Origin: the human T2T-CHM13v2.0 reference genome, Homo sapiens
NCBI RefSeq assembly: GCF_009914755.1
Contig: NC_060931.1
DNA: 64,000 bases
Strand: one strand, 5' to 3'
Positions 43,850-54,940 of this stretch are shown piece after piece. Each line of letters begins with the position of its first letter. The stretch's first letter is position 1. The position numbers were made by a program, and so were the translations under genes. The notes under the pieces were generated by a model that saw nothing but the letters and a program-made list of their open reading frames with translations, was not told where the DNA came from and made no database searches.

Positions 43850-44240
43850 TGCTCTACCACACATAATATGTATTATCATCCTTACCAGATGGAGAAGACA
43901 GGAGCCTACAGAAGAGACCAAATAAATTACTCTCCAGTTCCCAAATGTATGTATGTGGTAGAACTGGCACTGGTACCCAGACCCAACTCCAGTGCCCATG
44001 ACTTTAACCACTCTTCATTATAATGCTTCCAAAAGTCAGGCCCTCTTCTACAAACTTTACATATATCTACTCTTTTAATCTTTACAACAACCCTATGAAG
44101 TAGGAATTGTTACTATCCCCACTTAGAAGTGAGGAAACTGAGGCAAGGAACAGTTAAATACAGTCAGTGAGTTACGGATAAAACATTTACTCTTATGTTG
44201 TCCAACTCCTAAGCATGTGCTGCTAACAACTGCACCAACA
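43850..44240 (-). mobile_element. Two MIR fragments
   Basis: tttaatctttacaacaaccctatgaagtagg...gaggaaactgaggcaaggaacagttaa (about 44070-44160) and a second diverged copy near 43870-44010. Confidence 0.7.
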
Positions 44241-45699
44241 AAAGTGTTAAATAAAGCTGAGTATATTTTGAAGACATGGCAATATATAAAGTTTAAAGAT
44301 AAAGTCAAAATGTATCTCTAATATTTTCATAGCATTAAAAGCAATAAACTATACTTAACTAAAAACTTTTGATAGGAATCAGTCTTCAGAGATATTTTAA
44401 TATTTGAATGATCCAAAAGCACCCTTTCAAAATTACATTATATTTTAGTTTATACAAGACAATGCAAAGATGGGCCTTTAAAACATGTATTTTTTTACAA
44501 TATACACTAATAAAACGTTAAGTTAAAAACTGATCTTTTTAACTTAAAGGTTAATCAGTTTTAAAGATTTATTTTGTGCTAACAGTAGATAAAGTGTAAA
44601 CTCATTTAAATAAATTTTGAGAAAACAGAAAGTAAATGGTTAATTGCTGATGATGTATTTGCAGACTGCAAAAAAAAAAGAAACAACAAAAAGGAAATTA
44701 TGACTAATTCAGCTGCAGAAAAAAATAACTGAAAGAGAAGAAGGTGTGTATTTGTTTAAATCTGGGCTAACAGTCAAGTTGGAAGACATACGGAAATTGC
44801 ATTTTCCTGTTGATGAATCAAATAAATTAAAGATTCTGATCTTGAAATATATGTTACCATCCATAATTTACTTCTTCAGTTGAGAATGCACACATAGTTT
44901 AAAGTAAAATACCACATGTTTGTGGTAAAGGGCCATAGTATTCAATATTTATCATCAAATTTCATTTATTGACATAGCTACCTCTAAAAGTTTACAGTAA
45001 AAATGAATAACACTGGTGCCTACTTTTGAGAAAGGAATGTAATAGCTACTAATATTAATGATACTAATCACCATCCTAAAAGCCAAATTGAACATGAGTG
45101 TGTGTTTGCAATGTAGAATAGAAAGGGAAGATAGGAGGTCAGTTTTATTAGATGTAAGTTTATGCAAGTGGTCAGTTTTTAATGGGGGTTGAAAGATTTT
45201 CTTAAATAATTCAATGAACATTGACTTTAAAGCTCTAAGTTTTAAAGGAATGAGAGAGAGATGAAAAAAGAACTTTCCATTTGAACAAAGAACTTAAAAA
45301 AAGGGGGCCAGAGAAGATAGCTCTAAAAGTTGTGAAGACATAGAGGTTGCCATCAACTCTTTTCCTACCAGATTATACTGCTTGGCTTTAAAGTAGAAAG
45401 CACTGTAAATGCGAGTGAGAAAGAAATCAGTTTCTCCTATGAAGAGAAATTAGTTAGGAACCCTCACAAGAGAAAATGATGTATTATATTTGATATATCA
45501 TCGTTAACAAAAAGTGTCCAAAATGCTGAAACAAAAGCTGGAGTTAGGAATCTAGGGAGACTGTACATGATTGTGGGGATTTGACACTAAGAAAGTTTCA
45601 TGGCAAGAGTTGTCCTTAATTTAGAAGGGAAAGACAGAGTTTATGTTAAACAGTAATTGCTGCAACTGACGACAAGGGAGAAAAAAATCCTTAAATAAT

Positions 45700-46790
45700 T
45701 TATGCTTCTTGAAATTGTGCTCTAAATATTTATTTCTTGGCAAATTATAGAAAACAAATGAAACATCAAAAACAGAAAATGGTATGAAGTTAGAACTAAA
45801 TCTCAATGTAATTGTCATATCATAAGTGAAATCTAATACATTAATCTATTAGATTGGCTATAAAATCAGTTACAATATACAACATAGAGATATAATATAC
45901 AATATGCGATCAGATACAAGAGACATATTTAAAATAAAATGATCTCTAGGGAGATTGAAGGTAAAGGGCAAAAAATACTGACCTTGAAAAATAAGTTACA
46001 ATATACAATATACAGATACAATATACAATCAGATACAAGAGACATATTTAAAAATAAAAGGACTCAAGGGTAAAGGGCAAAAAAAAAAATACTAATCATG
46101 AAAAATGTTGAGTTTGTAAAATTAGTATCAGGCAGTTATGAAATCAAAGCAAAAGGCATTAAAGAAAAAAGTGAATACTTTAAAATGATAATGTAAGCCA
46201 CAAAGATCTCTCTCAAAGATCTTTATGCATCAAATAACAGCTTCAAAATTCAAAATGGCTAAGCTGCAGAAAGTAAAAATAGATACAGAAAAACAATAAT
46301 ACCTAGCTCAGAGTATGATAGATTAAATAAGAGATAAAAATAAGTTAGGATGTAAAGGCCCCAAGTAACAACATTGTAAGACTTTTAGGTAGACATTGAA
46401 TACAGTATCCTCAAAATATATATAAAGTAACTTTCCAAAAATTACTTTAAGCTTTTAGGAAAATTGACCATATGTTAAGCCACAGAACTGAATAAACTCT
46501 AAATTATAGAAACAGCACAGAACACATTACCTGATCACAGGCAATAAAATTAGAATTCAAAAAATATACAGAAAAATCTTCACAACTACCTAGAAATTCA
46601 AAATTCTAGTTAAGCAATCATAGAGTGAAATAATGTCAAAACCAAAATTTTAGAATATTTGGAATATATACTAATGACAACAAAACATACATAATTACTT
46701 AAGAATGAATAAAAATAAATGAACTATGTATTGAACTCAAGAATTTGAAGAAAGAATAATCAAATAACATGAAAAAGAAAATTGTTTTCA
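45700..46790 (+). mobile_element. Very old L1 endonuclease-region remnant with an internal ~126-bp tandem duplication
   Basis: tacaagagacatatttaaaataaaa and aaattgaccatatgttaagccaca landmarks. Duplicated units start at 45868 and 45994. Confidence 0.6.
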
Positions 46791-47132
46791 ATAGTTTTTT
46801 GGTTAAAACAAATAGATTCTATGTTTAATCAATTCAGGCAGTTTATACATTTTATCAGAAGACATCAGGAAGCTCATTAACCCTCCAGCAGGACTCATAA
46901 ACTAGGCTTAGAAGCTCCACAGCCAAGAGCCACATTAAAAAAACACAGCACTGAACTGAACACACAGTTATCACTGCTAAATATGGAAATTGCAACTTGT
47001 ACCATCAGCTCTGCTCTGGATGTGAACGCTGCCACTCTTAGAATGAATTTCTCATGATGCCAGCTTCCTCATCAGTTTCTGATTCAGTCTCCTGTGAGTC
47101 CATCTGATTGGGAGAGCTGAGGTCACATGCTG

Positions 47133-47447
47133 TGCCATAGTCTCAATGTTTGTGCCCCACCCCACTCACAAACTCATATACTAAAATCAAATCCCCAGTG
47201 CAATAGCATTAAGAGGTGGGGTCTTTAAGAGGTGATTAGGTCATGAGGGTGAAGCCCTTATGAGGGGATTATTGCCTTTATAAAGAGGACTAAAGGATCT
47301 GGTTTGCCCTTTATACCCTATGAGGATTTACTAGTGCTTTGGTCTTGGACTTTCTAGTCTCCAGAACTGTAAGAAATAAATGTCTGTTGTTTATAAATTA
47401 CTCACTCTGTGGTGTTGTGTTATTGCAGCCTGAAAGAATTAAGGCAT
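47133..47447 (+). mobile_element. MLT1A/MST-type solo LTR with an internal deletion
   Basis: tgccatagtctcaatgtttgtgcccc...gaggtgattaggtcatgagggtgaagccc...tccagaactgtaagaaataaatgtctgttgtttataa. Confidence 0.8.
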
Positions 47448-47899
47448 GCTTTAAAGAAATCTGGGAAAGCAATAATCTACCTGGCCTTTGTTCCTGTAAG
47501 ATAAAGAACTCCCCAAACCTAGAGACTGTATTTCATAACAGCTCAAAAATACGACAAATACTCACCACAGCCCACTGCATTAGCTTCTCAGCACTAACAC
47601 ATACCTTTATCAAACTGAAACTTCTGAAAACTCATCAACAAAAACAACTTAACATAATGCAACATAATGCCACTATTCCTCATATAATGAAAGCAAGTTC
47701 ACCCTCTAACAAAAAAGGAAACAATTCAGGTCTTATAAATTGCTATATCTAAACCAGCAAAATCACAGGATTGGAAATCAAATATTTGGGAAGCACATCA
47801 CTCTCATTTGAATTCTTACATTCTAGGACTCAATACATTCTGGGTACTAGACAAGCAGTTCTATATATTGGTTCCTAGTTCCAAATATATAGATATAAA

Positions 47900-48640
47900 T
47901 ATACAGTGCATCCTATAAGACAATACACCAACCATATAAGGTGTCTCCCAAGTGGCACTAAATCTAAGTTTGAAAATTCTACCAATTCATAGTGCAGACT
48001 CTTTTGAGATTATTATAAGGTAAGACTTGTGAATCCTATAAATATTACCTCATTGCTTTATTTATTTCACTGTGAAATAAATTATTGAGTCAGATACAAT
48101 GACTGTGATTAGATATTTAGTCAATCCATAGATGGTGGCAGGGAAAGTGAATCAAAACTGACTTTATCCCACTAAAGAAAATATAATTGCTCCTTCTAAC
48201 TTGGAAGATGTCCAACATATTCACAAGCTGGGCATAATTAGTTGCTGTTGCTATTATTTCTGGTACATAGTAATCACGCTACCAAGTCAATCTGGATGAC
48301 GAAAAATTCCTGTTGAGCTCAAGCAAAACTTCTGCCCTTGCCACACGTCCATTGAGCAAGCCTCAGGGTTGAATAGGAAAAGTAACTGACAACATCCACA
48401 GAGTTGGGCATCTTGCTCACCTGATTAAAGAAAGCCTATTTTTCTGTGGAGGTATTTTTGTAAACATTCATATGAGACACAAATATTCTCATACATTGGG
48501 TCTAATACATATCATTTCCCCCAAAGTCCTCGTTACCAATCCTCTAACGTTGCCTTTCCCAAGTCCCAGATCATTTAGTCAAATCATTAAACCATAACCA
48601 TGAATTGGTATGCCTAGTTCCTTATCTCAGGTCATCCCAC
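47900..48640 (-). mobile_element. ERVL-class pol remnant (RNase H / integrase junction)
   Basis: The minus strand translates to IFVSHMNVY and FNQVSKMPNSVD, resembling ERV-L pol KIFVSHVNAH...FNNQVDRMTRSVD. Confidence 0.6.
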
Positions 48641-48652
48641 TCTACAATTCTT

Positions 48653-48727
48653 CTTTTCTTTAAGTGAAAGCAAATTTACTAGAGAAGTAAAGAAACAAAA
48701 GAATGGCTACCCCATAGGCAGAGCAGC
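48653..48727 (-). mobile_element. 75-bp MER41-family LTR R-region retrocopy with a 17-bp TSD
   Basis: Minus strand reads gctgctctgcctatggggtagccattcttttgtttctttacttctctagtaaatttgctttcactt followed by aaagaaaag. TSD cccactctacaattctt at 48636-48652 and 48728-48744. Confidence 0.8.
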
Positions 48728-49809
48728 CCCACTCTACAATTCTTATAATTAGCATTGCTTCCATTCTGTTCAGTTCTTATGGCTACAGCCTAGCCCAATG
48801 ATGCACCTTTTATCTGACTTTACTGCAGAAGAAAGTGTCAGGAATCATGATGGAGTAGTCCATGACGGAGCCTATGGCTTATTTGAAATTATACTATTCG
48901 GCAATAAAATCCAAGAGAGTACAGGTGAAAAAATAAAAGGGTGTGAGGGAAGAAGGCACAGATAATATAAGAGGATGACGTTTTGACCTGGCCACTCTTT
49001 AGTACTACTGCTTGTCCTCAAGAAGTGTATATCTAGAGCACATTTCTGGATAATCACTGGGTAGGCTGGGAGGTGGAGAAACTCATTGGTTGCCACTCTC
49101 CAGTGGTCAAAGATTTTCCCTACAGTGTGTTAACTTTTCTGCAGGGTGTGCATGCATAGATGTGATCATGTAGCAGAAGCAGGAGGTAGGAGACATGAAG
49201 CACAGGCTGGAGGTCAGAACTGCATGATACAAAGTGGAAGAAGCCCACTGTGTGACAAGGGTACAAGGCATCCCTCTGATTGTGCCTAAGTGATGTCAGT
49301 TAAATCTCAGGCAGTTTGGAAAAATAAACAGATGCCAGAAACTCTGATAGAATTCACCAAAGTTGTCTGATATACAAAGACTCACATCTGTAACTTCTTT
49401 ATATCCACTCCTGGAAGCATTATTTTACCATATAGTGAGCCAGCGTAATGTCCAGTAAAACGCTGAAATGATCAAGGTCCTGAGGGATTAAACTATGGCA
49501 TGGAGCGGAAGCAAGATAGTAAAGGTGCACTGCTGTCCCTTCTAGATGAAAGACACCTTTTTTCACTGTTCTGGCTTATTGGGATATAGAAAAAAAATAA
49601 CATTTCATAGATAAATAGTTGCATACCAGGTCCCAGAGTATGGGCTGACTTGCTCCTATAAATAGACCACATCTGAAACAATAGTAGCAATTTGCATCAC
49701 CATACAATTTAACTTTGAAAGTCTGCTTTCATTCTTGCAAAGATGTCTTATGCTCAATGGCAATGGAACAAATATCAGAACCACTAAGCTTCTCGTTATT
49801 CCATAATAA

Positions 49810-50930
49810 ATAATTATGGAGCTATTAATATATGCCAGATACACTTCTCAGTAATTATGTACAACAGTTAATAAAATAAAAATCCCTGTCCTCATGGAGT
49901 TCACATTCTAGTGAGCAAAAGACAAAAATACAAATCAATAAGATATATGTCTAATCTTATATGTTGTATAAGATATAGCTATATATAAATAAGATCTGTA
50001 TCTTATATGTATATTTTTCTATACATAAAATATATGAATATGTTTACCATATATAATCTTATTATCTTACAAATAAATTATATATATATATATAAAATCA
50101 TGGACCACATAATGGCATTTTGGTCAATGACAGACCACATATGCGATGGTGGTCTCATAGTTACAATGGAGCTAAAAATTCCTATTGCTTAGTTATTTGT
50201 ATTACAATTTCCTATAGTATGCAGTTCAGTAACATGCTATAGAAGCAATAGGCTACATACTGAACAGCCTGAGTGTGTAGTAGGCTATATCAACTATGTT
50301 TGCATAAGTACATTCTGATGTTCACACAATGACAAAATCGCCTAACAATTCATTTCTCAGTACGTCTCCTCATCATTAAGTGACTGTAATAAAGAAAAGA
50401 GCAGGAGTACTTGGTTGGGCAAGGAATTGGGGGGATGTTGAAATTTTAAATAGGGTTGCTAGAGAAAATCTTACTTAGAAGGACGTAATTTGACTGATAT
50501 CAACAGAGTTGTAGTGGAGGAAGCAAGTCATGCAGACATATCTGGAGGAAACAGCTGACAGAAAGGTCCTTAGGTAGACACCTGCCTGGTGTGTTCAAGG
50601 AAGAGTCAGGAGGTTGTCATGGCTATAGTGCAGTGAATGAGGTGGAGTAGAAGAAAATGACAACAGAGAGATGACAGGAAGTCAGGTCATTTGGGGCCTT
50701 GTGGGCCATTGTAAGGACCGTGGCTTTTGCTGTGACTTAAACGGTAAACCATTGGAGGGTTGTGAGGAGAGGAGAAAGGTCATTTGACATACCTTTTAGG
50801 AGGATAACTATGTGCTACTCATGTAGAGAATGGATAGTAAAGAGGAAGGGGAAGAGGGAGGCAGGAAGGCCAGGTAGCACACTGCTACAATCATACAGAC
50901 AGATTATGGTAGATTTGTCCAGTGTGGACT
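49810..50930 (-). mobile_element. L2 remnant split by Tigger3
   Basis: ccctgtcctcatggagttcacattctagtg (about 49885) and ggtgtgttcaaggaa...gggccttgtgggccattgtaaggac...ccattggagggtt (50585-50765). Confidence 0.7.
50096..50386 (+). mobile_element. Tigger3-family MITE (MER7/GOLEM-like)
   Basis: ggtcaatgacagaccacatatgcgatggtggtctcatag...atggagctaaaaattcctattgc, ending aatcgcctaac...taagtgactg followed by TA. Confidence 0.8.
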
Positions 50931-51299
50931 AGACAGATGTCTTCAAGGTTTAATGGTGGCACTGATCTCTCTGGTATTCCTGAAATGTGTTATCACTTGA
51001 GAATTGGATAGTGCTCGAAGGATAAAGTAATTTCCACTGGCCCTTTCCTAGTATTGTTTCAAAGCAGAGATTCTCCCAATTGCGCAGTATGTGAATAGCT
51101 ATTTCAACATTACATTAAGGAACTGATGAATTATCAAAGACTGAGTTCAGAGGAGTAGTAGGTGTACTATGAGGCAGAGTTCCTTGAAAACTACATTACT
51201 CACATGAATCCTAGAACTACCTACATTCATCTGTGAACTGTAGAATTCTTTGTACTCAGGAAGCAACAATTAGTTAAGAGCAGTATCCAATAGTCTCAG

Positions 51300-51950
51300 A
51301 AAAGGTAGGTATATTTCACCTAAGTGTAAATTGTGTCTTTGGAGAAGGCTAGAAAAAAAAATTAATGGCATGGCCTTACAATGATGCAAGGTCCCTTTTC
51401 AAGTGCATCAATCTCCCCATCATTAAAGGGAATCTAGATGTATAAACTAATTCAGGTCTCAGATTCTAATATGGTGGTTCCAATTAAGATCCTGTTCTCC
51501 CCAGACCTCGAGTTTTTGGTTAGAGAGAATAAAGACAGCCTTAGTGTGTTGTCCATCTACTAATTTATATGAACCTGATTAACATTCAGCCATCAATCCC
51601 TGAACATTACTGAAGGTCAGATCATTCAGATTACCACTCAGGCCATGGAGATATTAAGAGGACTAAGCCCACTTCGCCCCGGTAGTTAAATGTGGCTATT
51701 TGGCCCATGCTATCTTGGATCCTAGCATCCCTGCTGCAATCAAAGAGTTCATACCAACTGCAGCATCTTCTACCAGCTTCCTTAGCCTACAAAGAATGTT
51801 GTTCCCCTAGAACATTTTTTAAAGTTACTGATGTGCTCAAAATACATTTCCCAGTGTCTTGATAAAGGGAAAGTCTTCAGACATACTCAGCAGATGTGAT
51901 TAGGAGGAGGGTGAAAGAAGAGTATTTTATAAATTCATTCCAAGCTTCCT
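51300..51950 (-). mobile_element. Possible ERVL-class gag remnant
   Basis: Minus-strand gggatgctaggatccaagatagcatgggccaaatagccacatttaactacc resembles the ERVL gag MG..GS...RGQVAALN segment. Confidence 0.4.
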
Positions 51951-52280
51951 ATCTCCCTAAGTCTTGGGTTCATCTCTCCAAGGAATTTTTGGCACCTCAA
52001 TCCATTAAATACAGGCCACCGTTAAATACTTATTTAGTCAACTAGTCAAACAGAACTGCTTCCAACTGCTTAAGCCTACAAGAACCAGATTCACTGGCAT
52101 ATGCCCCCACGTGGAAAAATTCAGCCCAACCTAAACTTGTTTCTCTTGTCTTAGTTGAGCATCTTCACAATGCATTTACAATTCCATTCTCCCTATTATT
52201 TGCTGATATAAGTTAGAAAATCTTGCATATGTGGGTGCATTAACCTTTTCATCTTAAGTTTGACTTTGTATTTGGCCTTC

Positions 52281-52316
<36 letters not shown>

Positions 52317-52694
52317 TGTTTTTATTTTTATGGCAGTGTAAGCTCAGAAATATTTGAAGATTTGGGGTCTCTGAGTTGTCCAAAACCTCTCACAGGACCA
52401 CATTTCTGTTCTTCATGTCCTAAACTTTCATGGAAAAAAAAAGCATTGTGTTCACACAAGAGATATGGTAGGGCTGTGAATTTTTCTGATGCTACAATCC
52501 TACAACCGATAGGATCTAGTTTGAAGTTTACTGGTTGCAACACATTATTATTTTTTTTTGTCACAGTCAGACAAAAATTTGGGGAATGCATTGAGAAAAT
52601 AGTTTAGTTTTCCACCGTTATTTTTTAACTTATCCAGCACAATGTTAAAAGCAAACACCTGATCTTTAATTCTTCACAGCCTTCACACTTGAGG

Positions 52695-53840
52695 ACAACA
52701 TAACTGATACCTAAATCAGAGAAGGCAAAGACTAGAAAAGAAAACTACCAGCCAATAATCAATAATCCTCATGAGCACAGACACAAAAAATTCTCAAAAT
52801 ATTGGCAATTCAAATCCATTAGTATATAAAAAGTATTGCTATAGTATAACCAAGTGGGGTTTACCCCCAGAAACGCAAAATTGGTTTAGTCATCAAAAAT
52901 CAATCAATAAAATTTACCACCTAATCCGAATAAAGGAGAAAAATCATATGCGATATATGAAATTTAGATAAAGCATCTGACAAAATTCAACACCAATTAC
53001 TTATTTTTTTTTCTTGGAGACAATGGAGTAGATGGCATGATTGAGAATTACAAGGTAGCTGAGGATGTAACAAAAGAAAAACAGAGAAATTACAAACTAC
53101 AAAAACAGAGGGAAAATGAGTAATAATTAATGGTCCCAATATAAAACAAAGTAAAAAGTGGCATGATTTTGAGCATGTGATGGAGTGTCATAAAACGGTG
53201 TTGAAAACATTTTTCTTCAATTGCCCCACAGTTGTAATATTAAACCCCCAGAAGAAATGGTTCTTTGCCTTAGTATTAAAAAAATTATATAGTCATAGTG
53301 ATATAAATGTTACTTATTTCTAACCTTTTAGAGTTATCCTATAGACATCCCAATAAAGACTCCAGGGTAATCTTGTTACAGAGCAGAACATATTAGCAAA
53401 CATGACAATGTAAAAGGATAGTTAAAGGAGGTAGAAAATTGAATGGGAGGAGATAAAGATAGGACAAAAGTTAGGCGCTCTAATAACTTTATCTTCTGAG
53501 GAGGAGTCAAGAGAGCCTGTCTCAAAATCATGGAGTTAGTGTTGTGTTAGAGTTAGTAGTAGGATTATACATACATAATTAACATTAAAATTGTAACCAA
53601 TAAAATAACAAATCATAGAAGAAGCAATGTATCTCATCTACAATTAACAAATTAAGAACGTTATAAACATATAATTTTGACTTCTGAAGGCAACTGTCAG
53701 AAGAATGTAAAACAGAAATAGTAATTACCTCCAGGGAACGGAAGGGAGATGAGGACGAATAGGGCAGGAGTCTGCTGCATTTTACCACAAGCTCTTTTAC
53801 ACTATTACTTTGTTACTACATTCATGTACTACTCTGAAAA
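52695..53840 (+). mobile_element. Old L1M ORF2 and 3' fragments
   Basis: ctgatacctaaatcagag...gaaaactaccagccaata...ctcatgagcacagacacaaaaa and aagcatctgacaaaattcaacacc, plus an L1ME-like 3' segment near 53700-53830. Confidence 0.6.
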
Positions 53841-54724
53841 AATATCTATCATCTGTCAATTCTTAATTTTATAATAAAATTGGGGGGACAATTAAATGAC
53901 CACTTAGAATATAAGTATTTCAGATTACTGGTCTTTTACCATGATATTTGTTACTATAAATATAATATTTTTATAAACCAAGAGTAAGGGTAATAGTACT
54001 GAATTTTTTAAAATGGCCTATCAAACTACCTTTGACTTTTTGTTTTTTCTGATGAGTTTATAAGTTGGAAAAAAGACTAAGTATGCACTTTAAAAGTTCT
54101 TTAAGCACACAGAGTACTAATATAAGGAGAATAAATGCCTCTGACTTTCACAAAATCAACTACAAAAGAACATATGATTATAGTAAAGAGTATTGGGCTC
54201 AGCAGTACAAAAATAAAGATAATAAAATACTAGAACAGGCTACTAATAAAACTATGATCAACTATACATTAGTATTAGGTGATATATTTTACTTTCTCAA
54301 TATTTATATACAATTGGTTTTTTTTCTTTCAAAAAAAACAGTAAAACATCGGAGATATCAGTACTCAGGATATACCTTAAGAAGGTAAAAAAGTCATGGT
54401 TCCTGTATCTGTGGAACTTGTATTTTAAAATCTTTAATACATCTTTGCATAAAATGTGTTTTTTCCTAAAACATACAAAATTATTTTGTTTTATTGTTTT
54501 GCATCTACTATTATTTTTGTTTTAGAAATTGGAGAAGTAGAAAAAGGGAAAAAAAATCTATGGAGGACAAATGATAATATAACACAAAAATTTGTTTATC
54601 ACTGCCCTCTACTGTACAATTTTCTCAAACCAACATTGATTAAGGAAATGACAATGTGACTGATAGGCACGGAACACTAACCCAAGAATGTTGAGTATTC
54701 TTCAGCTATAATATCAATCTGCAG

Positions 54725-54940
54725 CAGAGTTTCTTAATCTCATTATTATTGACATTCTGGGTCCTGATAATTATTTGTTGCAGGTGGCTGTACTGTGTAT
54801 TGTAAGACATTTTGGCAGCATCTCTGGCCTCTACTTACAAGATGCCAGTAGTACTTCCCCAAGTTATGACAACTAAAATGTCTCCAGACATTGCCAAATA
54901 TCCACTGAAGGGCAAAATCACTCCTGGTTGAGAACCACTG
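54725..54940 (-). mobile_element. MER20 (hAT-Charlie MITE)
   Basis: Ends ...aatgtctccagacattgccaaat...ggcaaaatcactcctggttgagaaccactg. The 8-bp flanks atctgcag and atctatag match at 6/8. Confidence 0.9.

Noticed and set aside
49940-50095. Quasi-palindromic TA-rich stretch next to Tigger3
   Set aside because: It is consistent with a degenerate (TA)n microsatellite at the TA target site.
52284-52312. Orphan A29 tract
   Set aside because: No TSD or retroelement body is visible, so it is treated as a mononucleotide microsatellite.
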